Sequence record: MW272540.1
DNA: 64,000 nt
Direction: 5' to 3' (one strand)
The position numbers and the translations under genes are program-made. The notes under the pieces are model-generated. The model did no database searches, was not told the DNA's origin, and saw only the letters and a program-made list of their open reading frames with translations. How positions within the stretch are numbered: the first letter of the stretch is position 1; every line of letters starts with the position of its first letter. Below, piece by piece: positions 1 through 11,473 of this stretch.

Positions 1-411
1 TGTGAGATTCGTAAACAGTTTGGATATTCATTTGCTTTCCCTCGATTCAATCTTACCTTCCCACCACCGGGTTACTGGTATCTGGTCACTATGGCGTCGC
101 TTCTTGTTCTGCTCTCGTTCTTTGGCTTTCTTCATCTGGTATTGGAAGAAAGAATCGCTATTAAATTCAGACATATTATTTCCTTATGATGCAAGTTTTG
201 GAGTGAAATCAAATTCACCATCGATAAACACCCGGAGAGATCCGCTGTTATCTTCATAGGTAAACGCGAGGGGTGATTCACAATTAGCAATAGCCAGCGT
301 TACCTTGTTACCCTTGGAGGATAGGCGCTCGATTGCTTCGATGAGATTCTTAACTGGATTAATAGAACCACCAGCAACGAAATTATTGTAAACGGTTTCG
401 ATACTCATATT

Positions 412-669
412 TTATTCCCCTTCAATATCGAAGTAATTACGTTCACTCATGAACACAAAAGCACCCCAACCGTTGTTGGTGTCGTTGATAGTACCATCGT
501 CATTCAGAATGATTTCTTCCCCGTTACCGTCTACCAGTTCGATAGTCCCATTGAAACAGTTTACCGCTTCGTGGGGAGCGTCTTTCATGTATTCTGCGAT
601 AGCTTGGTTAGCACGACCCAGACTAGCGAATTCTATTCGGGCTTGGACTGATTTAAATTTGATTTGCAT
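412..669 (-). CDS. Small KFKS-family protein, paralogue 1
   Basis: N-terminal MQIKFKSVQARIEF and C-terminal ERNYFD, shared with seven other ORFs in the window. Confidence 0.75.
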   Translation of the reverse strand: MQIKFKSVQARIEFASLGRANQAIAEYMKDAPHEAVNCFNGTIELVDGNGEEIILNDDGTINDTNNGWGAFVFMSERNYFDIEGE

Positions 670-675
670 TGGTTA

Positions 676-885
676 TTACTCCATGGTGTCTACAATGTCA
701 AAGAAAACTTCTACGTCTTTCTTAGAGATAACAAACTGCTCGTTTTCATAATCTTGACCATTATCCTTAACCCAGAACGGGAGAAGTCCATAGGTATTTT
801 TCAGATTGTTGGCTAGGGGTGTATATGAACTGAATGCCATCATGTTCATATGACCATCGGATTTGAACTGGATTTTAATCTGCAT
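676..885 (-). CDS. Small KFKS-family protein, paralogue 2
   Basis: IQFKSDGHMNMM...GLLPFWV...FVISKKDVEVFFD. Confidence 0.7.
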   Translation of the reverse strand: MQIKIQFKSDGHMNMMAFSSYTPLANNLKNTYGLLPFWVKDNGQDYENEQFVISKKDVEVFFDIVDTME

Positions 886-894
886 GATAACACC

Positions 895-1095
895 TTACTT
901 GATGATGTCAAAGTGTTTGAGGGATTCTTCGTCTATGACAAAGAAAGACAAACCAGCAACGTTAGCAATGAAACCATACGGGGCTTCGATTACATCAAAC
1001 CAACCATCACCCATCGCGTTAGCGAGGATATCGAATTTAGGATGCAACCCGGAGAACAGTTTCGCGTCTTCAACAGATTTAAATTTGACTTTCAT
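895..1095 (-). CDS. Small KFKS-family protein, paralogue 3
   Basis: MKVKFKSVEDAKLF...FVIDEESLKHFD. Confidence 0.75.
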   Translation of the reverse strand: MKVKFKSVEDAKLFSGLHPKFDILANAMGDGWFDVIEAPYGFIANVAGLSFFVIDEESLKHFDIIK

Positions 1096-1435
1096 AATAT
1101 CCCCTTAGAAATTCTTAACAACGATATGAGTAATGGAATCACCAAAAGATTCTAACGCTTTACGAGTGGACATACAACCCATTTCCACCACAGAACCATC
1201 TTCTTTTTTGATGGATACGTTAACCACGAAATCCATACCACCAGAAGTCAGTTCACCCTTCATGGTGATGGTGCCTTCGGTGGAAGTACATACCAGAGTT
1301 TGATTCCCGAGCATGTTATTCAGACGATTGCGAAGTTTGGTATTCATGGTTAGTCCCTCTCGTTTCGATAGAGAGGATTTCATCCTCTCGAAGAATCGCA
1401 CCGCGATTCGATAGAGATATAATACCAGAACTAGA

Positions 1436-1663
1436 TTACTGCACAACCACTTTTTCAAAGTATTTGCTTTCTTCTTTTACTTCGATGGTAAAGTCACCAT
1501 CAACCGTATCCCACCATTCATCGTTATCGGGATCTTCATCAACTGCAAAAGGCTCCATACCATAACGGTTAGCCATATTTTGATTGTGACCAGTATGACC
1601 ATCAAGGTCGATGCGAGCAAACATATCCTTGTGGGCTTCGGATTTGAATTTGACAAAAAACAT
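1436..1663 (-). CDS. Small KFKS-family protein, paralogue 4
   Basis: FVKFKSEAHKDMF...GMEPFAV...WWDTVDGDFTIEVKEESKYFE; GGAG RBS. Confidence 0.8.
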   Translation of the reverse strand: MFFVKFKSEAHKDMFARIDLDGHTGHNQNMANRYGMEPFAVDEDPDNDEWWDTVDGDFTIEVKEESKYFEKVVVQ

Positions 1664-3591
1664 AATGACTCCTTATTTGATAAATTCTTTGTTCAGACGG
1701 TAAATGTTTTCTTCGTAATAGTTGTCACCATAAACACGGTCGCGACCATAGTTATATTTCTTCAAAGTCGGTTCTTTCACAGAGAACTTATGATCGACAA
1801 TCAGAACACCCATCTTGATAAGAGCACGAACAGTAGCACGGTTCACAGCACCCAGACGGAAAGTCATATCTTCTTTGGCCTTACCCTTGGGGGTGTTTTC
1901 CCACTTAACCAGATCGATTTGATACTGATCCCAGAGACGGTTTACTTCAGCAACACACAGAGCGATAACTTCGTTTTGGGCTTTGCTAATTTTCATAATC
2001 CTATCTCCGTCTCTGGGAAACTCTGTTTCGATATGGATATATTACACCAGACAGGATTATGAGATCAACAATTATTTATCGATATTCTCGAAGAAGATCA
2101 CCATTCCAGTTTCGCATCAAACTATTTTGTCGTTCTGCTCGAAGTTCATTTTGGCGAATATGATAAGCTCGAACTTCCCGGTTGTGCATATCCAGTTCCA
2201 AATCAGCAACCCTACGCAACGTAGAGAGATTTTGGTGGGACATGGTACACTCATCCCTTGCCTTGTCCATATGTAGCTCGTACAGGCTATCAAAGGGGAC
2301 ATCGCAGTACCCATTAGCAACATGGACGAAATCAACGCTATTCCCAACCATAGATTTCATACGTTGCATCACTTCATAGGATTTGTTACCACGAAGCAAC
2401 CAACATTTATTCACCGGGTCAAAAACCAACATCCTGCTATACGTGCGATCTGAATAATGGATTTGCTGCTCGGCAGTTTTACCCAACCATGACCAACATT
2501 GAGAAGGTATACTCCCAACACGGTCTGGGAATTTCTGGTCCACATAATCACAAGCGATTGCAATGTCTACCGGGTGAGAGATAAAGAAGCACCAATATTT
2601 CATAGCTTATTATTCCTCGTTAAACAGCCAGTGACGAACTTTATCACGCATAACCCCATGCATGTATTTGGTCATCTCGTCCGCTGCGATATCATCACCA
2701 CATGCGTCATAATCGATTACGCGACCAAAGAAGTTACGAAGGGCAATACATTGATCGTTGCGCAATTCACAACCATCCATCATATCACGGAATGCGTGAG
2801 ATTCCGGGGAAATTACCAGAGCGATCCGAGTATCGTGATAAGTCTTGATAAGGTTAACCAGTTCAGCTTGATGGTCAGTAAAATAAACTCGCATAATAAT
2901 TTCCTCGTTTCGTTTCCAATATGAGTATAGTAACCCCATTAGCTGGGGTATGCAAACACTACTTGAGGTTTATTTTTACGATGAAGTTCCAACAGTTCCA
3001 CCAGCAACTTTTCTTGGTGTTCCCAAATATCCATAGCGGTCTTTGGCTTTTCTTTTTTCTGGTAGACCGTAATCTCTTCAATCTCACCATTACCAATCAT
3101 CGCATTAGTGTAGAAGCACCACAAATGAGTTTTGCGGTCTTCGATATTATAGACAGTCCCGGTGTTGTGCATCTTGATCGTGGTCATACCGGTATAACTT
3201 TCTCGTGGCTTAACCATCAACACTTCGAAAGAATTACCCACCACCATTTCCGGAAAATTATCAGACAAATCTGTATATTCTTTCCGGATGATATAACTTT
3301 TATTCAACATGATTAGCTTCCTTTACTTTTTGGACTTTTTGGAGATAATTTTAGAGATAATATAACAGAAAATATTCATCATCAACATCACACTGAGAAC
3401 TTTTGGATCATCACCATTTACACTAGCGTAGAAAGCCCCCAGTCCAACATAGGCGATTGTGAAGATCATGATGAGGGTAGACGCAAAGAGATCGTTAGGG
3501 AATCGTGATTCCCCCATTTTCATGATAAACGGGATAATCATGAAAAAAGAAAATATAATAACCGCAGAATAGATAGTGGTCATGATATCCC

Positions 3592-3807
3592 TTATTCAGA
3601 AACGATGTCGAAATATTTTGATTCGAGTTTGGCATCAACAGTATAGATAACACTACCACTAATCGGATCCAAGATATCCCACCAATTTTCATCAACTCGG
3701 TCTATTTGAATAATACCCATACCAAACTCATTCACGAAATCGATATTATGATTGAAAATATTACGAAACTCGTTTTTAGCTTGGACAGACTTGAAACGAA
3801 TCTTCAT
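3592..3807 (-). CDS. Small KFKS-family protein, paralogue 5
   Basis: MKIRFKSVQAKNEF...WWDILD...ESKYFD; start moved to the ATG at 3807, downstream of GGAG. Confidence 0.75.
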   Translation of the reverse strand: MKIRFKSVQAKNEFRNIFNHNIDFVNEFGMGIIQIDRVDENWWDILDPISGSVIYTVDAKLESKYFDIVSE

Positions 3808-4980
3808 GCAACATACTCCCATTCACCAGAACAATCATTTATGATCTTGTAGGTGTGTCCATAGTCCTTGATGGTTTCTGCAACCAGATTAATGATCTCT
3901 TCATCGCTTCCCCAATGACCCAGAGAGAAGATGATTTTATCATCACTCTCGTTCACTTCCTTATAGTCACAACCACAATGAGTGTACATGTGGAGGCAGC
4001 GAGTTTTTCCATCATAACTAAACTTGAAAATGAAATGTTGAAAATCTGGACTATGGATATCAACAACGCAACTCAGCTTTTCCCAAGGGTCTTTAATATC
4101 TTTGTTGTTGTTGTATTCGATGAAGTTACGACATCCAGCGTCTTCAACTACCTTCTTAGCATATTTCTGTACGAGTGCGCTAAGAGCTTTGTATACCTTA
4201 TTTCCTATCTCGGTTGCCTTCAGACCAGCATCAACAACAAATACATTAGAACTAATACTCATGATAATTTTCCTTATGGATTAACTTTCAGATTTTTCAG
4301 GGCATCGATTCGTTTAAGCTCGCGCATCTCTGATTCGTACTGATAAGACCGATGGAGAGCTTTTACCCTTGCTTTCTCCAATGCCTTAATTTCTTTCTTG
4401 GTAGAGATATTGTTGAAGATTTCAACACAAGGTTTGCTTGGTTCGTTCAGGAAAATAGTACGAACCTTCCCATTACTATCCCGACTGAAACCAAGATGGA
4501 ACCCATTAAAGAAAACGATATTCGGAGAATCACCAAACATATCACCGGTTGGGTGATTCTCCATATACTGAATCATCTCAGCGGCTTTGGAATCGATTTT
4601 ACGAAATAATCCGAACATGTTTCTATCTCCTTTCAGATATTCCAGAGTTTGTTGATGGTTTCTTTGTGTTTGTTAAGAAACTCGATAAATTCATCCACTT
4701 CATGTTCTTCGATGGATTTGATGAAATGGGGAGAGAAGGCACCTTTACGCTGGTGGATCATAAACACTTCTGCGTAGTAATTACCACCATCACGAAGAAT
4801 ATCCCAGCGAAATACGAGGTTCATATCGACATCAGCATCTTTGAACTCGTTCAGGAAATCTGTCATAGTTTCCCATTCACCATTCCACGACCGGTCATCG
4901 TAGTTTGAAGTGGAACAGTAATACGGGTGAGACTTGGAAAGCTTGTGGATTGATTCAAGTTTAGTCATGGTGATTTTCCC

Positions 4981-5199
4981 TTAGTGAGTCAGAGTTTTCA
5001 TTTTCTTGGTAACGATGGTAACGGCCTTGCAACCATTCTTGCGGACACCGCGACCAACAGACAGGGTTTTGTTCCCGGTAGAGTTCACATCTACAGTACG
5101 AGCCCAACGCTTATCGGCCTGAGTACCGTTATCAGTCATTTTACCAAAACCAGCAACACGAGCAGCAGAACGAGTGGCGAAGAAGATTTGTGCAGTCAT
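4981..5199 (-). CDS. Small basic immediate-early protein (FFATRSAAR...GKMTDNG...KRWAR family)
   Basis: Lies directly downstream of the early promoter at 5258-5286, with an AAGGAAATGACCATG start context; paralogue at 58178-58405. Confidence 0.75.
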   Translation of the reverse strand: MTAQIFFATRSAARVAGFGKMTDNGTQADKRWARTVDVNSTGNKTLSVGRGVRKNGCKAVTIVTKKMKTLTH

Positions 5200-5257
5200 G
5201 GTCATTTCCTTTTTCAATAAGAGGGGTTTCGTTTCACAGAAGCGTTTCAACAAGGAC

Positions 5258-5286
5258 AGTATCTCAGAATCTGATTTCGCCGTCAA
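5258..5286 (-). promoter_or_regulatory. Sigma70-type early promoter
   Basis: TTGACG-17 nt-GATACT with extended -10 TG; followed by the conserved GTCCTTGTTGAAAC leader. Confidence 0.8.
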
Positions 5287-5880
5287 CTACTTCAGTCCAA
5301 TATTTCAAATTAATTTTTCCAGATTTCCACATTTTTGAAATCAGACGGTTTGCCAGAACACTACCACCGACATAAATGTTTTCGCCGTCGTAATCTTCAC
5401 ACATACCAACAAAAAGATGGTTCAATGTATAACTCTCTTTGGTGAAGAAGTTATTCAAAACGATACAGTAAGAGAAATCGTCGCTAGGGCCTTCCTCGGT
5501 AAGGACACGAACGATATTACCTTGAAGGACTTCCAAGTACCAGACTTTTTCCTCTACACAACCAAAGGAGTCCTGAACTTTAATAGTCTCGTTGATATCG
5601 ATGGTCATCTTTCTTCCTCATGTCGTTTCAAGAAGGGGCTTATTCTCATAAACAAAGATAGTATCTCAAAACCAAATCGAACTATTTTATGAAATCTTTA
5701 TTGACCCAACCACATAACCAAGAGAAGTGAAATATTCACGGATCTTGTTGTAGTCGTAGAATCCGTTTGAATCAACATAGCGCTCACAACGCTTCGGACA
5801 AACAACACCATTCAACTCAATCTCGACATAAATCATAACAATTCTCCTAGTGGTTTGGGGAGTATCCCCGGAACAAGAAT

Positions 5881-5909
5881 AGTATCTCAAAACCGAATCA
5901 GAAGGTCAA
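5881..5909 (-). promoter_or_regulatory. Sigma70-type early promoter
   Basis: TTGACC-17 nt-GATACT; spacer ends in TTTTGA, as at 58441. Confidence 0.8.
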
Positions 5910-5918
5910 CACTTATTT

Positions 5919-6128
5919 CTAAACAATTTCAAAATATTTTCTTTCTTCTTTTACGTTAATGGTGAAATCTCCATCGACCGTATCCCACCATTCACCAAAC
6001 TCATCCGGACACACTTCAAATTCGTTCATACCATGTCGCATAACAAGATTTTTGTTATGGCTGGAATAACCAATCGAAAGTTTAGCGAACTCTTTCATAG
6101 CTTCTTCAGACTTAAAACGGATTTTCAT
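5919..6128 (-). CDS. Small KFKS-family protein, paralogue 6
   Basis: MKIRFKSEEAMKEF...WWDTVDGDFTINVKEERKYFE; C-terminal half nearly identical to that of 1436-1663. Confidence 0.8.
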   Translation of the reverse strand: MKIRFKSEEAMKEFAKLSIGYSSHNKNLVMRHGMNEFEVCPDEFGEWWDTVDGDFTINVKEERKYFEIV

Positions 6129-6802
6129 GGTCATTTCCTTTTGAATTAAGACAACAAAGATATAATAGTACCAGAACAATTAGTCTTTGCCAACACGACT
6201 TTTCAGAAAATTCTCATATTTTTCGAGTTCTTCATAAATCTTTTGAGATACGAACCCAATACTTGATTTGCTATTTTTCTGAATCGTACCAATTACCCGG
6301 ACATAACGGGAGGTTGAGAACATCCAACCCAAATCCGGATCCGTACCATACAGAAGAGTGAGGATCATAGCTGTGTTGTTACGGCCTTGGATATTACCCT
6401 TCACCAAATCGTTGAGTTCCTTCCGGACTTCCTTGGTCAAGGAAACCAGTTCCATCGGGATACCAAATTCGCTATTTTTCAGAACTTCGTTATTCATGGT
6501 CATTTCCTTATTTCAGAAGGGAGTTGATTTCTTGCATATCATCTTTCAGAGACGGGAACCAGCATTGAGCCGGGAAGCAATTCAGGAACTCCATATAAGC
6601 CCGGATAACCTCGATGCATTCTTCCACATCACCGAGATAAATCATTTCGCAAGCCCAATCATAGTCAACACCAACAACGTTAGTTGCCTGATCATACACT
6701 TCGTCAGTGATTTGATGTTCAGCAACGTTAACCAGTTTCTTAGCAAGAGAAGCGATATGAGACATGATTTTTTTCCTTTTGGTATCTCGTTTCAACAAAG
6801 AC

Positions 6803-6831
6803 AGTATTACACAGGCCGGGTATGGAGTCAA
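6803..6831 (-). promoter_or_regulatory. Sigma70-type early promoter
   Basis: TTGACT-17 nt-AATACT followed by the GTCTTTGTTGAAAC leader. Confidence 0.7.
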
Positions 6832-7716
6832 CTATTTTTATCGATCATCATCCAACATCCACACATCATCCACAACAGGACCTACCCAGATACCAAAGAT
6901 ATCGAAATTATAAAAATCATCAAATACCCGTTCTTTTTTGGGGAGGGTATTTACATACTCACACCAACGAACAGCAGCTTTATAGCTGTAGAAAGTACGG
7001 TTGGTGGAGTTCATGTGTGGAAGGTGGATACCAGAATCTGACAAGCTGAAATTATCTTCGTAATAATTCTTACCCGAAATACGACTATAACCCTCGCTAT
7101 GTGGGCGACGATAATTAACCCACAAAGTCCCATTCAGACAGGAACCTTTTTTCTTGTAGACATAGGGCCGAGATGTGATGGTCATTTTTTGAATATGGGC
7201 AGCCGGACCAAATCCACATACACGATAAACAGTTTGACCAGCGCGAAGTGATTTAACAGTTACTTTACCTTTAGCCATGATATTTCTCCTTAGATAGTGG
7301 GTTTAGCTTTTGCGTGATACACACCAGTATATTTTTCTTGGGTCTTTTTAACTGCGTCGTCCAGATCCAAAGCCCACACGTATTCATATAAAACTTTACC
7401 AGCAAAAGCGTTTTGGATTTTGAATGAAACGATAAAGCAACTCTTTTTCATGTTATCCCCTAGAAATTTTCTCAATCAACACAGCTAGTGTCTCATGCCT
7501 GTTTGTACTCGTCAAGCATCTTTTTAATCTCCATCAACAAATTCAGTTCCAGTTTGGAGATCTGTTCTGGGGTAAAAACAGGTCTGGTGTGTCGGTTGTG
7601 TATTCCCCATTAACATGGATCCCAGCGACAAACCCCAAGTGTGTACCAGAATCCCATTTGGAGCTAACAATCAGACGTTCATTATTTCCGATATTCAAAG
7701 AAAACATAATAACTCC

Positions 7717-8040
7717 TTATTTCACTTCGATTGATACGATGATCGCACTACCCATGGAACCTGACCAGACGGCGGACACACCTTCAATGGTGTTGATACC
7801 ACTTACCAGATTTTGTACATTCTCAGCGGGTTGGTCAAATTTAAAGTCAACATAAATTTTATGGATCCCGGTTTCCTCAACCTGATTGTACATTGCGAAG
7901 TTAAACTCTCGGTATGCATCAGTCAAATCGGTTTTACGGAAGGACGCGATCTTGTTTGTATCTACCTTACGAATGGCCTTGCGAAGTTGAACCACTGCTT
8001 GGTGAGTCTTGTTCGCGGTTTCTGTGATAAATTCTGCCAT
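7717..8040 (-). CDS. Early hypothetical protein
   Basis: GGAG RBS, directly downstream of the promoter/terminator cassette at 8075-8110. Confidence 0.7.
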   Translation of the reverse strand: MAEFITETANKTHQAVVQLRKAIRKVDTNKIASFRKTDLTDAYREFNFAMYNQVEETGIHKIYVDFKFDQPAENVQNLVSGINTIEGVSAVWSGSMGSAIIVSIEVK

Positions 8041-8074
8041 GTTATTCTCCTAACTGTTTTGTTTCAACAAGGAT

Positions 8075-8110
8075 AGAATAACAAAGGGCTTGAACGATTA
8101 CAAGCCCTTT
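8075..8110 (-). terminator. Rho-independent terminator overlapping an early promoter
   Basis: Stem AAAGGGCTTG / CAAGCCCTTT; TTGTAA-17 nt-TATTCT begins inside the stem. Confidence 0.7.
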
Positions 8111-8117
8111 TTGAAAA

Positions 8118-8927
8118 TTAATAGTAAACGACTAAACATTCTTGAACTTTTTTACGATTGCTACCATCGCTACTTACGGTTCTCTGTAAATCGAATAGAT
8201 GGATTTCATCTGCGTCGGAATAGAGATTTTCTGTATATGGAGTCCAATGATTGCTTATCATTGCTACACTATTACACTCTTTCGATAATTTTTTTAATTC
8301 TTCTTGTTGTTCTAAATTGAACCCGTCTTTGGTGTATTTGAAATTGGAAGTGAGTGGTACGTATGGTGGATCTGAATAAACAAGACAATCATCACGACCT
8401 TTGATAAGTTCAAATATTTCGGAGAAGTTTTTGTTGTGTAATTCAGTATTGTCTCTGTGTTTTTCAGATAGAGCTATAATACTATCCGATGGAACGACTT
8501 TCGGGTTTTTTGTAACAGTCCCTTTACTAACGTTAAAAAGTCCATTTTTATTATACCTACAGAGTCCATTGAATCCATGTTTATTCAGATATTGGAAAAT
8601 CGCAGCTCGTTCAACTTCATTAAATTTTCCAGAATTGAATTTATCTCGGATTGCTTCATATGAGTCAAACCCAAATTCAAACAACCTTTTTGAAATTTCA
8701 ATGTACTTTTCTGGTTCTTTAAACATAACGTTATAACTATCAATTAAATCTTTATTATAATCATTCCAGATATATCCTTCTGAATCATAATTTAGACTAA
8801 TATTAGCTGCACCAATAAATGGTTCTACCAATATTGATTTCTTAAAATTATTTAATATTGGGAGGACGTGAGGGAGAGCCCTCGATTTACCACCAACCCA
8901 CTGAAATGGACTATTAACATATTTCAT
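8118..8927 (-). CDS. dam: DNA adenine methyltransferase (T4 Dam-like, alpha class)
   Basis: PFQWVGGKS, LVEPFIGA (motif I), NKHGFNGLCRYN, VYSDPPY (motif IV). Confidence 0.93.
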   Translation of the reverse strand: MKYVNSPFQWVGGKSRALPHVLPILNNFKKSILVEPFIGAANISLNYDSEGYIWNDYNKDLIDSYNVMFKEPEKYIEISKRLFEFGFDSYEAIRDKFNSGKFNEVERAAIFQYLNKHGFNGLCRYNKNGLFNVSKGTVTKNPKVVPSDSIIALSEKHRDNTELHNKNFSEIFELIKGRDDCLVYSDPPYVPLTSNFKYTKDGFNLEQQEELKKLSKECNSVAMISNHWTPYTENLYSDADEIHLFDLQRTVSSDGSNRKKVQECLVVYY

Positions 8928-9173
8928 TAGAATACCAATCCTTTAATTTTTACCAAGAAACGATCTTCATCAAATGGAGATACAACAGCCCGCCAACCAG
9001 AACAATCCGGATAACGATCATAGAGAATTTCTTCAACTGCACGATAAGAAGAATCCAACCATTCCCAATTTTCACCAGAACTGTTTTCTTTAAAAGTTTT
9101 ATTCGCTTCGTCTGATTCTACCAACAGAGCAAACAATGGGTCATTACTTACTACTTCAAAATATTGATTCATA

Positions 9174-9740
9174 TCAAGCCTTCTCTTTCCACTTTGCAAT
9201 TTTCTTTTCCATAGTAGACAGGAAAAGTTTCTCGATCTCTTTCGGTTCCATATCACCACAAGAGAGTGCGAACATATCCATAGCAGCGATAGCCAGATCT
9301 ACAGCTTCACCAGCAATACCGTCCTTACCACGTTCTTTATAAGACAGACCGTTTTCAATCTGAACCTCGACCGACAGCTCTCCGAGTTCTTCAACACACT
9401 TGGACATAACATAATCGTATGTGCGTTTTGGACTATCGAACGGTAGACCAAGACTAACCGATGTTTCGAAGATAGAGGACAAAGCTGGTTCTTTTTCGTT
9501 CGCTTCTTCCACAAGTTCAAGAATAACATCTTCGTCTTTTGGAGCGGCAAAACACCAAGCACCATGATCATAGTATGGATTAATGGCGACACCCTGATAA
9601 CTAGCGTCTCGGGTGTAGAGATAACCAACTTCGTCTATGTAATGACATGTGACAATAGAACCAGCGGAAACACCATAGACATCACAAAAACTTGGCTTTG
9701 CATACACAACTCGATATTTTTTATTCAGTTCATATTTCAT
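9174..9740 (-). CDS. MazG-like nucleotide pyrophosphohydrolase with an extra N-terminal domain
   Basis: C-terminal KCVEELGELSVEV...EAVDLAIAAMD matches the all-alpha NTP-PPase EExxE...ExxD motif. Confidence 0.75.
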   Translation of the reverse strand: MKYELNKKYRVVYAKPSFCDVYGVSAGSIVTCHYIDEVGYLYTRDASYQGVAINPYYDHGAWCFAAPKDEDVILELVEEANEKEPALSSIFETSVSLGLPFDSPKRTYDYVMSKCVEELGELSVEVQIENGLSYKERGKDGIAGEAVDLAIAAMDMFALSCGDMEPKEIEKLFLSTMEKKIAKWKEKA

Positions 9741-10310
9741 TTAAACATTTCCTCTAGCCGTTGACGATTACCTTCAAATCTGGCTGCTTTTGTTCTTTCC
9801 ACACTCGCAAGCCACTCGTCAATTATACACAAAATTTCCCCGGTGTGTAGTCCGTCGTTTAGACAATATGTTTTATCATCTTTGGTTGCGTAAAATTCAT
9901 AGTCCTTTTTAGTTATGGTAATACCTTTTGGTGTCACAATATGGTCATACTCGGGGTCGTATACACCGATACGCATTTGTTGAATTATTTTCATAACAGG
10001 TTACTCATTTTTAACAGAGACCTCGATACTCTCATATACACATTTGACATCGAAGCCGTTTTTCTTAAATTCTGGGATCAAATACTGTCGGATAAAATCC
10101 CAACGACCGATTGTTACCTGCGGACCTGCGTCAAATAGGAAATTATCAACATCTCGTGATTCTACAATGTGAAATGTTACTTCCATATCCAACATTTCTT
10201 TTACTATCTGATCATATAACGTTTTGCTTAATGTTGGAAGGTCTTTTTCTCGTTCTTTCTGATTGATACCAATCTGTTTAACTAACTCAGCTGCGTTCAT
10301 ATTTTATTCC

Positions 10311-11405
10311 TCATTTGTAAAGATGATCTAGTATAGCTTGTATCATATCCTTTTTGTCAAGCTTTATCAGCTTGTTGTAAAGTCGTTTTCCAACTTCGAT
10401 TTCCGGAGTATACCCATTCGCTCGGATAGTGTCAATCAGTTCCGGAAGAATTTTGATGATATCTATCCAATTTTGAAGGATTTCAGTTGTTCCATCACCA
10501 AACTCTTCTGGTGTGATGATAGGATGGCTCATATCCTGCCTGTATGGCTTTGTGAGACGTTCTAGCTCTTGTGGGATAGAACCATCTAGGAACTTGAATA
10601 CAATTAGCTGGTTGGGCTTATACGACGTTTTACGAGCTTGGTCTTTTATACGTCTGGTATAGTCGTTTGATATACCGATTTTGAAAAACTCGTTGGTATC
10701 TTCATCGTTGTTTATCCAGTTTGTTACGTATATGTATCCGGGTTTAGCTGGTTGATACCCTCTATTACCCGTACAATCTGGACAACGACTACCACCACTC
10801 ACGAAACCATTATATGAAGCTTTTTGTTTTCCATGTGTATGACAGTTGTATTCAAACTTTGATAATGCGTTTTTATAACCTTCCGGAAAACCTAGGAACT
10901 CGTATCCTTCTTTCTCGCAAAGCTCTTTTACAATGGTTTCTGCTTCTGAATTTCTTTGTTTATCCTTCATTGATTCAGTTCCACATAAAGGACAACGAGT
11001 ACCCCTATTCACGAAATCATTATATGAAGCTTTTTGTTTTCCGTGAGTATGACATTTGTATTCAAACTTAGAATTTTTATGTTTATAACCTTCCGGAAAA
11101 CCTAGGAACTCATATCCTTCTTTCTCGCACAATCTTCGAGTAATGATATTAACTTGTTGTTCAGACCATTTAGGTGTTTTTGCACAACCACAAGGAACAG
11201 AACCTTTAACCAAATTGCACTTCTGACTCTCGAACGAATCAGGAAACAAATCTTTATCCAAAGAACAGATAGAACAAGACAATCCATATTTCTTATGGCT
11301 ATACTTATCTTTACCAACAACACCAACAACAGTAAGCACACCACCTTTCGGAGTCGGAAAAGTTTGTCCAATAAAATCGTCTTTAACTTCACAAGAACCG
11401 CACAC
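10311..11405 (-). mobile_element. Free-standing homing endonuclease with tandem Zn-binding repeats and a C-terminal GIY-YIG-like nuclease domain
   Basis: Repeated EGYEFLGFPEGYK..SKFEY.CHTHG..KASYN.FV..G.RCP.C; C-terminal GYIYV...FFKIGISND..RRIK; GGAG-8 nt-GTG start at 11405; paralogue at 45166-46128. Confidence 0.75.
10800..11129. repeat. Intragenic direct repeat (10800-10919 and 11010-11129; period 210 bp = 70 aa)
   Basis: Both copies contain aaccttccggaaaacctaggaactc.tatccttctttctcgca and cattatatgaagctttttgttttcc. Confidence 0.9.
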
Positions 11406-11427
11406 TATAACAACTCCGAAAAATAGA

Positions 11428-11473
11428 AAAAGCCTATATCCGCTAAGATACAGGCTTTTGGTTTTTATGTCAA
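11428..11473 (-). terminator. Terminator hairpin fused to an early promoter
   Basis: AAAAGCCTGTATC-TTAGCG-GATATAGGCTTTT; TTGACA-17 nt-TATCTT overlaps the 5' arm. Confidence 0.75.

Noticed and set aside
10800-11129. CRISPR-like or non-coding repeat array
   Set aside because: There are only two in-frame copies inside a coding sequence (a domain duplication). I saw no repeat-spacer periodicity anywhere in the window.
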